DNA of 64,000 nucleotides, from contig JAWMAR010000331.1 of NCBI GenBank assembly GCA_036785375.1, positions 1,550,001 through 1,614,000 on the forward strand, written 5' to 3'. A program made the translations under genes and the position numbers. The stretch comes from Leucoraja ocellata (taxonomy: Eukaryota). The notes under the pieces were generated by a model that worked only from the letters and a program-made list of their open reading frames with translations, was not told the origin of the DNA and did no database searches. Position 1 is the stretch's first letter, and every line of letters starts with the position of its first letter. Positions 1 through 10,224 of the stretch are shown piece after piece.

Positions 1-169
1 ATTGGTGTGTTTTCTTGCCAGAGTATTAATGTGATTACACCTGGCCAAATTGCTGGTGACATTTACTGCTTGGAACTTGAAGCACTATCTGAAAAGTGGA
101 AGCAGTGGCTTTGATCATTAATTTCTGTTCTCATAAGTTCATATGTTCATAAGACAAAGAAGCAGAATT

Positions 170-965
170 ATTATCTAAATGGTGGCCGATTGGGAAATAT
201 TATCTAAATGGTGGCCGATTGGGAAAGGGGGAGATGCAGCGAGGCCTGGGTGTCATGGTACACCAGTCATTGAAGGTAGGCATGCAGGTGCAGCAGGCAG
301 TAAAGAAAGCAAATGGTATGTTGGCTTTCATAGCAAGAGGATTTGAGTATAGGAGCAGGGAGGTTCTACTGCAGTTATACAGGGTCTTGGTGAGACCACA
401 CCTGGAGTATTGCGTGCAGTTTTGGTCTCCAAATCTGAGGAAGGACATTATTGCCATAGAGGGAGTGCAGAGAAGGTTCACCAGACTGATCCCTGGGATG
501 TCAGGACTGTCTTATGAAGAAAGACTGGATAGACTTGGTTTATACTCTCTAGAATTTATGAGATTGAGAGGGGATCTTATAGAAACTTACAAAATTTTTA
601 AGGGGTTGGACAGGCTAGATACAGGAAGATTGTTCCCGATGTTGGGGAAGTCCAGGACAAGGGGTCACAGCTTAAGGATAATGGGGAAATCCTTTAAAAC
701 CGAGATGAGGAGAACTTTTTTCACACAGAGAGTGGTGAATCTCTGGAACTGTCTGCCACAGAGGGTGGTTGAGGCCAGTTCATTGGCTATATTTAAGAGG
801 GAGTTAGATGTGGCCCTTGTGGCCAAGGGGATCAGAGGGTATGGAGAGAAGGCAGGTACGGGATACTGAGTTGGATGATCAGCCATGATCATATTAAATG
901 GTGGTGCAGGCTCGAAGGGCCGAATGGCCTACTCCTGCACCTAATTTCTATGTTTCTATGTTTCT
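170..965 (+). mobile_element. CR1 LINE, 5'-truncated 3' end (ORF2 C-terminus and 3'UTR)
   Basis: ORF 219-869 has CR1 C-terminal motifs (LVRPHLEYCVQFWSP, RLRGDLIETYKI, FFTQRVVNLWN); (TTTCTATG)n tail; 28-bp tandem duplication at the 5' junction. Confidence 0.95.
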
Positions 966-989
966 AATTAGGCCATTTGGCCCATCGGG

Positions 990-1100
990 AAGGGTGGCAC
1001 AATGGTGCAGCGGTAGAGTTGCTGCCTTACAGCGCCAGAGACCCGGGGGGTCGAGCCTGACAGTGGATGCTGATTGTACGCAATTATACGCAGGATCAGG
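990..1100 (+). mobile_element. tRNA-derived SINE 5' fragment (HE1/V-SINE-like)
   Basis: GGCACAATGGTGCAGCGGTAGAGTTGCTGCCTTACAGCGCCAGAGACCCGGG head with A-box-like and degenerate B-box-like motifs. Confidence 0.7.
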
Positions 1101-1151
1101 TCATTAATACCAATCAAACAAAAAGCAATGAGCCAGACTTGCTTGATACCA

Positions 1152-1247
1152 GATAGACACAAAATGCTGGAGTAACTCAGCGGGACAGGCAGTATCTCTG
1201 GAGAGAAGGAATGGGTGATGTTTTCAGTCGAGACCCTTCTTCAGACT
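1152..1247 (-). mobile_element. Penelope-type pLTR fragment with minimal hammerhead ribozyme motif
   Basis: Minus strand reads CTGAAGA-AGGGTCTCGACT-GAAA; related to the 3' end of the GIY-YIG element at 29226-29861. Confidence 0.75.
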
Positions 1248-2114
1248 TGATTGCTTGATACCAGTCTACGCTGAGATGGAATCTGTTATTAACTCATTGA
1301 TTAAGATCTCATCATCCCTCTTACTATCATTTAACAGAGGCTGGCGGCAAATTTCACTCTGGGGCCAAATCTAAGAAGGATGCCTCTAGCTCCCTGTCAA
1401 TTATTAGAGCCAAAAGGGTTTGTGAGGTCAAAAAAACATGCATGGTGGATGTTGCTGCACCCTTCATTTCTTCTCAAGTTAACACGGTGAAGATTGTGTC
1501 TATTGTATTGCTGGATGGTAAAAATCAAAACAGCATTTGAAAGAGCAGCTCATTAGCCACATGGAGGAGCAGTTAAGGAGGACTGGCAATGAATGTTGCT
1601 GTAGCAGGGAGCAGGGAGCAGGGAAACCTCTGCAGTTATCGCAATTGAATTGACTTCCTTTTTTGAAGATGGTTACAATGATGATTCCTGCTAAGTCCTG
1701 CTCTTCAAGCATCTGGCCTCTTTTTGTCAATCATCATTTCCGTTATGCTGTGATGTATATTCAAAATCACCTAACTTGTCTTTCTGCATTTGGCTACTTA
1801 AGCAGCAGATGGGAGATTACAGGTTCAGTCAATGACTTCATGTCAGACTGCGTGCATAGGTAATTTGCCACTGCTAAAGGATTGTTCAAGACATGAATTC
1901 ATGATGTGAACTGTTGCCTTTCGAGAAAAGCTATTATTATCACTGGGCCTTTAAAAAAAAGTTTTTTTCCTTGATGTTAAGAGGGCCACATCTTGCCCTG
2001 TCCACTTTCAGAGTTCAAGGTGGATCAGGTCTTCCGGGGAAAGTTTAAATCCAGGACATCTTTAATAATGACTTCATAATGATTCAAGAAACATTAAAAT
2101 GCCTTTGAAGCAGT

Positions 2115-2400
2115 TCTTTTAATTTTCAAGAAACAGGATCTTTGCCCACTGAGTTTACGTTGACCAACGATGACCTGTTCACACTACCTCTAAGTTATCC
2201 CATTCCCTACAAATTAGGGGGCAATTTACAGAGGCCAATTAACCAACAAACTGCATGCCTTTGGGATGTGGAAAGAAAACGGAGCACCCGAGGAAACCCA
2301 TACGGTCACATAGAGAGAATGTGCAAACACCTCACAGACTGTACCCAAAGCAGGATCGAACCCAGGTCTCTAGCACTGTGAGGCAGCAGCTCTACCACCT
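2115..2400 (-). mobile_element. HE1/V-SINE-like SINE
   Basis: Antisense to the SINE copies at 990 and 37780; same family as 40625 (GGGGCAATTTACAGAGGCCAATTAACC core). Confidence 0.75.
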
Positions 2401-3711
2401 ATGTTCAAATTAATATTCTGTAATAAAGTGGAAAAAAAGAGGGGCCTAATATTGCAACTGTATTGCTGTATTTTCATTGCTGCCTTTTGTCTTCAGAAGA
2501 GAAATAAATTGCTTGGGGGATAAAAGATGAAACAAATATGTCTGAAGAGTTGCTTTTTTTGCACGGGATGTGCTTCAATTGTTCCTGAAATTACTATGTA
2601 TCTTTGATGCCAATAAATGTAATTAAATAGTCAGATTAGATGGAGTACAAGGACATTCTGTGCCCACTTGAGCACTGAACCATCTATTTCACAAGGTTCC
2701 GTTTAGTATTCAATCGTACGACCATATCTGAGCCTCAGCATTGATTGTCAATAATCTCCTTCTGCACTCAAGATTACAGTTTACTCAAAAGACTGACTGT
2801 TTATTGACGTAATCGGCATCATCCTACAGCATACAAAGCAGTATCAATTCTACCAACAGATAAACTGTTACTTATTGACTTTTGAAATACATTTATTGAT
2901 TTACCCAGATCTCTGAAATGTTGTTGCAAAGATGTTAGCTTTTCGCTGCCTTTGCAATTTCTTTCAATTTTTCAGAAGACCCTGGAAGAAAGATCAAATC
3001 AATGATTATGAACTTGCAGAAAATGTTCAGGACAAAATTGCAATACCAACCCCAAAACCAATCATAAATATATTACAAGGCCTTTCTGCCTTTCTTATTT
3101 ATTGGCAATTCTGTTCAACGGATGTGCTGGTTTTGTTATTTTCAGAGGAATAAGTCAGGAATATAATTTCCTATAATTTAGAGAAAACAATAAATGGTTT
3201 AAGGGTTAATTGTCTCAGCTTATTATTTTGTTTAATAACATGCTTTGGTCTCGAGAAGAACTTGCTGTCTTATTTAGAGGATTGCAAGAATGCATTTACT
3301 TGTACTCTGAATGAAAGAGAGTGGAGGATTTGGTCCATTAAATCTCTTGACTCTTAAGGATTTTTTGGTGCACTTTCTTTGTTCAAGATGAAACAAAGTA
3401 AGGTTTTATTTCAAGGTCTATAACGCAGAATGGGCTGAAGGGGAGATCATTCAAATATTTGTAAAGTCAATTACTGCACACCAACAAAGAATAACACATG
3501 GAAGAGTTATTGGAAATCAGCAGGAGCATAACATTGGCCAACGGCTTTTTGTGGGACATCACAATTCAAGTAACATTAGCAGGAATACCAGCAACCAGTT
3601 CATCAGTTTAGTGTTATCTCCAAATTAATTTAGCATGAACAGCAGTGGAATCTCCAACTGGAGAATCTTGGGGGATTCAATGTGGATAGAATAAATGTGG
3701 ATAGAATATTT

Positions 3712-4102
3712 TCTTATAGAAACTTATAAAATTCTTAAGGGGTTGGACAGGCTAGATGCAGGAAGATTGTTCCCGATGTTGTGGAAGTCCAGAACAAGGG
3801 GTCACAGTTTAAGGATAAGGGGAAAATCTGTTAGGACCGAGATGAGAAAAACATTTTTCACACAGAGAGTGGTGAATCTCTGGAATTCTCTGCCACAGAA
3901 GGTAGTTGAGACCAGTTCATTGGCTATATTTAAGAGGGAGTTAGATGTGGCCCTTGTGGCTAAAGGGATCAGGGGGTATGGAGAGAAGGCAGGTACAGGA
4001 TACTGAGTTGGATGATCAGCCATGATCATATTGAATGGCGGTGCAGGCTCGAAGGGCCGAATGGCCTACTCCTGCACTTAATTTCTATGTTTCTATGTTT
4101 CT
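3712..4102 (+). mobile_element. CR1 LINE 3' fragment (same subfamily as 170-965)
   Basis: Nearly identical to about 576-965; TTTCTATG tail. Confidence 0.95.
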
Positions 4103-4173
4103 AAAAGTGGATTCGATTAAAGTAAGATTAGTGAAAATAGTGGTTGATGGTCAGTGTGCACTTAGTGGGATAA

Positions 4174-4882
4174 AGGGCCTGTCCCACTTGGGCGATTTTT
4201 CAGCAGACTGCCGGCGACTGTCAAAAACCGGGAACTGGAACTGCGACTGTCAGAGTGGAACACACGCACACACACATCGCAAAGGCGGGGGCCAGGGCAA
4301 GTAGGGGAGCGCTGTCTGAAATTCACATGGTGCAAAGCCAAGGTGATAGAGACACACACCGCGATGAACAGGAAGGTTGGCGCTGTAACTAAAGACGGCT
4401 AGCACAGTGTACGGAAAGTCCTTTAAAAGAGAGGGGGCGGGAGAGGGGGAGAAGGGGGGAGAAGGGGGGAGAGGGGGTAGAAGGAGTGGAGACAACGTTT
4501 ATGAAACCAGACAACTTTTAATAAGCCAGAGATACAGCTGTGAAGTTCGGCGGACATTTAATAGTCGGTTATCCTTGGTTCTGAAAACTCCTGCTTACGT
4601 TTTTCTTCCCCAATGAAAATGACCAGTCAGCAAAGGCGATTAACTAAAACTACCTACGCCTACCTCGACTACCCATAACTACATGGTGACCCCACTACAA
4701 GTGCATCTACAACTACAGAATTAGCGATTTTCTCCATGGCGAGTGACTAGTGACTAGTTCCCAGAATCCTCGCGACCATGAAGGAGACTCACCAGAGACC
4801 ATCAGCGAACATGTGGCGACCATGTGGCGAGCGCAGAGTCTCCTGCACTCGCCTAAAAAGTCGCCTAAGTGGGACAGGCCCA
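4174..4882. mobile_element. Non-autonomous TIR element (PIF/Harbinger-like MITE)
   Basis: TIRs GGGCCTGTCCCACTTGGGCGATTTTT / AAAAAGTCGCCTAAGTGGGACAGGCCC; TAA on both flanks. Confidence 0.85.
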
Positions 4883-6451
4883 TAAAGAGCATGCTTCAAT
4901 ACTGTATCTATTTATCTATCTATCAAAATCACATAACATACAGCTTGGACTAAGATATTGCCCATATGGTTGATTTGACCAGATTCTCTCTGCTTGGAGA
5001 GGAGGTCGCCTTCTCTGTGTTTTTAACTCAAGGCCCTCCTCTTGCAATGGCCGTTCCCGTGTTGTCACTACTGATGTCTTGTACCACTCTTTTATGCCAT
5101 TTTTCCTTCAACTTTCAAAAGGAAGCCTATAATTGTATTCAAATCCAAGGTTCTCATGACTCTGAATACAATCATTTCAAATCTAAGTGCTGAATAAACA
5201 AAACACATCAATTTCCATCTCAGACTCAAGAGTTCTTAACTATACTGTACTTTCTTTCTCATCATATAGTCCCTTTACAAAATGGCCGTCCCCAGACACC
5301 TTCTCTTGTCCCCACTGCTTCGTCAAGGACACACCAAATAGCCATAACTCTATCTTCTTATGTGCATCCTTCTTTAGCGATCCCAGCATTTCTCTCTGTC
5401 TCCCTCCCTAGTGAGTAGCTTCCTCCCAGAGGCTGCTGGAATATGTAACACCTTATCTTTGGCTACAACTATTTATTCCAATCAGACACAAGGAAAAACA
5501 TGTCAACTTCCCCCATTGTTAATAGAAATTAATGATTGAGCATACTGATGCCAGATTGGAATGAGAAAAGTTGTACAATGGAGAAATTCACATCATAAGA
5601 CAACATAGCAAAGCAATATCCATAGTTATTCAAACAGATGTTCTATTTCAATGATTTAAGGCCAGTAGACTGTTGAGAGGTCAATATCATTCCAATCAGC
5701 TACCTAACATCTGAGAGGAGAAGTAGAGCAAGAACTGAAAATTTGAATCTGACAATATTATTCCCAAGGTTGATGGAAATCATTGCATTAGGGCCACAAC
5801 CCTAATATAATAGTGGGTGGGGGTATAACGACATTGCTAATAATGGTTTTGAATCTAATCCACCCTCTGTCAAATGTGGAAGATTTGTTAATGACCATAC
5901 GTGGAGGACTTTTCAAAATCATATCTGCCAAATGTTTCAATGTTAGAAAAAGTGCAAGTCATACTTAGCCATCAACACACACCAAGGACTTTTTCAGTTC
6001 AAACACTGCCATTAAAGGGATCAAAGGTTTTGTGTGTTATTTTGATGATATTCATCTCAGGTAGAAATAGGCAGAACTATGAAGACGTTGAAAGACTTGC
6101 TCCAAATTTTGGTAAAGCACAGAGTGCGTGTTAAAGTAAAGTATTTCAGATGTCTTCACAATCCTTTTTACATTGTGTGGGCAAAGATGGTCTATATCTT
6201 ACCAGAGAAAAGGATTACAGAATCAAGAAGGTACATTCCAAAGGGCATCTCAGAACTCGGATGCCTTCTTGATTTAATAATATTAAATTTGACAATATTA
6301 TTGTATCTATTAAATGATATATTGAGGACAGTTGTTCCATGGAAATGGAAGTATGGTTATGACAAAACAAGCAAGTTGTGAAATATCAGCTTGATGAGAA
6401 TTCCATACTTGTACACAATATGTCAACAGAGATCAAACTAATATGTAATGT

Positions 6452-6639
6452 AAGGTAGACAAAAGTGCTGGATAAACTCAGCGGGTGCAGCAGCATCTAT
6501 GGAGGGAAGGAATAGGCAACGTTTCGGCTTGAAACGTTGCCTATTTCCTTCGCTCCATAGATGCTGCTGTACCCGCTGAGTTTCTCCAGCACTTTTGTCT
6601 ACCTTCGATTTTCCAGCATCTGCAGTTCCTTCTTAAACA
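6452..6639. mobile_element. Fold-back (inverted) Penelope pLTR pair
   Basis: Arms of about 75 bp centred on CAACGTTTCGGCTTGAAACGTTG; flanking duplication TAATATGT(A/G)ATGTA. Confidence 0.8.
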
Positions 6640-6719
6640 ATAATATGTGATGTATCTCCACATGGCATTTCGCCAGTGATCTATCATAATGCAGGAAATG
6701 TGGAAGTAAGTACTACTTA

Positions 6720-7437
6720 CTAGGGATCTGGGAATAACTGTGCACAGTTCCCTGAAAGTGGAATCTCATGTAGATAGGGTGGTAAAGAAAGCTTTTGGTG
6801 TGTTGGCCTTTATAAATCAGAGCATTGAATATAGAAGTTGGGATGTAATGTTAAAATTGTACAAGGCATTGGTGAGGCCAATTTTGGGGTATGGTGTACA
6901 ATTTTGGTCGCCTAATTATAGGAAGGATGCCAACAAAATAGAGAGAGTACAGAGGAGATTTACTAGAATGTTGCCTGGGTTTCAGCAACTAAGTTACAGA
7001 GAAAGGTTGAACAAGTTAGGGCTTTATTCTTTGGAGCGCAGAAGGCTAAGGGGGGACTTGATAGAGGTCTTTAGAATGATGAGAGGGATAGACAGAGTTG
7101 ACGTGGATAAGCTTTTCCCACTGAGAGTAGGGAAGATTCAAACAAGGGGACATGACTTGAGAATTAAGGAACAGAAGTTTAGGGATAACATGAGGGGGAA
7201 CTTCTTTACTCAGAGAGTGGTGGCGGTGTGGAATGAGCTTCCAGTGAAGGTGATGGAGGCAGGTTCGTTTTTATCATTTAAAAATAAATTGGATAGTTAT
7301 ATGGACGGGAAAGGAATGGAGGGTTATGGTCTGAATGCAGGTGTATGGGACTAGGGGAGAATAAGTGTTTGGCACGGACTAGAAGGGTCGAGATGGCCTG
7401 TTTCTGTGCTGTAATTGTTATATGGTTATATGGTTAT
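6720..7437 (+). mobile_element. CR1 LINE 3' fragment (second subfamily)
   Basis: ORF 6740-7354 with CR1 C-terminal motifs; (GGTTATAT)n tail. Confidence 0.93.
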
Positions 7438-8241
7438 ACTGCACTTGTATCTCATGACAGTGCTCTGGAGCAGAGCTGTGTTCAAATAAAATGAGAGAAT
7501 TGCTGCATTCCGATCTGGAATAGATATCAGAACTCATGGTTAGTAATCTTTGTAAAATTGTCCGTGAATTTTCAAGTTATAAAGTTCCAAGCATATTTGT
7601 AAGATCATGGGTTTACAATCATAACTAACCATGAGCTTCTGACATCAATTCCAGATCTACATTCAATTCTCTCATTAATTTCAGCACAATAGAACTGTGG
7701 ACTTGCAATACAGACCTGATAATCACAGCGATACTGATACTGCATATAGGTAATCAACTGTTGCACAAAGTACTCCAAGTATTTAATTCACTTAAACTGA
7801 TTTGGCAGAGTAATTAAATAAAATGGTGTTTTAGCTGAGATATATGGGAACATTGCCAAATGTTGGCCAGCTCATATCAGATGCTGATTATTACTCATAT
7901 TTTGTTTGCAAGAAAGAATGGTTGTGCATTGTGGGGAAACAGAACATTGATTCATGAGAAAAACAGATATCAACTGATAAGGGATATATCGAAACAATGC
8001 CCTATGAGATGTCTGATAAAGAACCAGCTACAGATTATCAGTCGTGGTCTGTATTAGATAAGGACATGGAGATAATAATGAATATACGCACTGTATGTCA
8101 GATGGTAAACAGAACACCAACATCACTTGTCTTGCACTAAGGAATATCTTACAAGAAAATGGTATTGGTCACATATCGTTTTTTCGGAATTTAAAAGATA
8201 ACAATCGATCTTTGGAAAAACAGCCATTCAAATTAGATTAA

Positions 8242-8571
8242 TAACCCTGTCCCACGGTACGGGTTCATTCCAAGAGTTCTCCCGAATTTGCCCTGATTCA
8301 AACTCGGAGATTTACGGTAATGGCCACTCGTTGGTACTCGGGGCTCTCGTGGACATTTTTCAACATGTTGAAAAATCTTCACGAGTCTTCCTGTGCTTAC
8401 CTGCCATTAGTGAGTCTTCCCAAGTACCTGCCGTTAGCATTACGAGCCGCTAAGAGACGTTCCCGAGCTTCGACGTACCCGCTACGTTCATTCTCCGTGC
8501 TTACCACGAGTTTGATTTTTTTTAAACTCGAGAGAGCTCTTGGAATGAACTCGTACCGTGGGACAGGGCTT
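8242..8571. mobile_element. Harbinger-like MITE
   Basis: TIR of about 30 bp, CCCTGTCCCACGGTACG(A/G)GTTCATTCCAAGAG; TWA flanks; interior antisense-related to 16662-16979. Confidence 0.8.
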
Positions 8572-8973
8572 TTAGGTTTCTTTTTGTCATGAATATTGAC
8601 TACTTCATTATATCCGACGTGGAAAGCTTTGTTTTGCCAAACTTAAAAGGAATAGGTAGAGCAAATGGAAAAGATGCAGAACACACAATACAGTTGCCAG
8701 CAATGTTCCATAGATAAAGTCCAATGTCAGTAATGAGGTGGGATGGAGAATAGTGAGATTAAACGAGTACTTACCAGTGCGAAGTTTGATCTGTATTTTA
8801 TGAGGAGTTACGATGAGGGATTACGTGAAGAACCCACCCAGTGCGCAGGCGCGGCATACTTCCAAGCAGCGGTGTGGAATCACAGGTAGACACAATATTT
8901 GAAGTAAAGATAGTAAAGATTAAAGAGACATCAGCTCGAGTTTGATCCATATACTGAGGGTGGGAGCGGAAGG

Positions 8974-9086
8974 CACGTAATCCCTCATCGTAACTCCTCA
9001 TAAAATACAGATCAAACTTCGTACTGGTAAGTACTCGTTTAATCTCACTATTTTACTTCGGAGTCACGTGAGTGACTACGTGAAGA
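8974..9086 (-). promoter_or_regulatory. DIRS-A internal complementary region (ICR)
   Basis: 8974-9050 is the reverse complement of 8751-8827 (1 mismatch in 77); 9051-9086 is the reverse complement of 13519-13554, reproducing the circle junction CTCACTA|TTTTACTTCGG. Confidence 0.95.
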
Positions 9087-9205
9087 CTTCAAAGATCTGT
9101 GATTTCAAACCGTGTAACAGCTATATCACTCGCTGCCGAAGTTATCGAGGGAGGAAGTGGTATCTAAAGACCAACAAATCTGTTTGTTTTTTGAAAACAA
9201 AAATG

Positions 9206-9211
9206 TTTATT
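9206..9211 (-). terminator. Candidate AATAAA polyadenylation signal after the YR stop
   Basis: TTTATT on + strand, about 35 nt downstream of the YR stop and upstream of the ICR. Confidence 0.5.
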
Positions 9212-9246
9212 AAACAATAACAAAAATAGCTCCCTTGGGCTTAAAA

Positions 9247-10224
9247 TTATAAGTTTGCAGTTTCTAAAATTTTCTCTGCAAACAAGTCTTTCTGCATCAG
9301 CGGTTTATGATAGAATATCCGGAACGTCGATTCCCTTGACCATCCTGCTGTGCTTAGGATGTGGTCTATGGGAACATCCATCCGTTCCGCAGCTGACGTA
9401 GATGCTGCCCTAATAGAATGGGATTTAAAAACATCAGTGTTAATCCCTGCAGCTTTCAGGACCTGTTTTAACCACCTGGATATAGTTTGGCTGGTTACCC
9501 GTCCAAAAGGCTTCTTGTGGCTGACCCATAAGGCTTTTTCACTCCCTCTAAGTGTATGGGTTGTGTCTACATAGTTGTATAAATGGGTCACTACACAGAG
9601 CCTAGGTTCTGGAGGGTAGGCCCGGAAGATTAATGGCGAGTTGGACATACCTGGCCTGCTTTGTTTAACTAACCCCGGCATAGTGAATGTGATGCAGTCT
9701 GGGGTAGTTACCATGTTGTCCAGTCGTAGTTGATGTAGTGACTGGACCCTTTGTGCAGAGACAAGCGCCATTAGCATGAGGGTCTTGAGTGTGGATTGCT
9801 CTAGACTGAGGGATCCCACCGGTAACCATCCTCTGAGGTGTGATAGCACAACACTTATATCCCATACATGGGTATACCTGGGTGTAGGGGGTTTGTTATT
9901 GTAAATCCCCTTGAGGAGTTTTATGACTAGCGGGTGGGACCCGATGCTATGGTGTCCTGTTGGCATGAGATAAGCGGACAGGGCACTTCGTGCTGCATTG
10001 ACGGCACTGTAGCTCATCTTCTGGTCATGGTGTAAATGGGCCAGGAACTCCAACACGTCCGTGATTGTGGCTGTCTTATACGACGTCCCTGCATCCAAGC
10101 AGTACTGCTCCCATTTCTTGATATATGTCAGGTACTGCTTCTTGGTTGAGTCTCGCAGGGATGCCGACATGGTGGTGATTGTTCTCTCTGATAAACCCAG
10201 TTCCTGGTAAGGCCTGGTTAAAAC
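9247..10224 (-). CDS. DIRS tyrosine recombinase (first in-frame ATG at 10170; frame open from candidate acceptor at 10224)
   Basis: Intact 307-aa ORF with SAM-like N-terminal region and catalytic motifs AQR, HSIR, AGW, FY; upstream GLSERTITT matches the DIRS-B peptide GLSDRTMNL. Confidence 0.95.
   Translation of the reverse strand, partial: VLTRPYQELGLSERTITTMSASLRDSTKKQYLTYIKKWEQYCLDAGTSYKTATITDVLEFLAHLHHDQKMSYSAVNAARSALSAYLMPTGHHSIGSHPLVIKLLKGIYNNKPPTPRYTHVWDISVVLSHLRGWLPVGSLSLEQSTLKTLMLMALVSAQRVQSLHQLRLDNMVTTPDCITFTMPGLVKQSRPGMSNSPLIFRAYPPEPRLCVVTHLYNYVDTTHTLRGSEKALWVSHKKPFGRVTSQTISRWLKQVLKAAGINTDVFKSHSIRAASTSAAERMDVPIDHILSTAGWSRESTFRIFYHKPLMQKDLFAEKILETANL

Larger units (their letters stand above)
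5560..8680 (+). mobile_element. Highly decayed Gypsy-like pol remnant, interrupted by later insertions
   Basis: Scattered RT/RNase H-like peptides (LQILVKHRVRVK, VPWKWKY, CDVSPHGISPVI, GFTIITNHELL); many stops and frameshifts; boundaries approximate. Confidence 0.55.
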
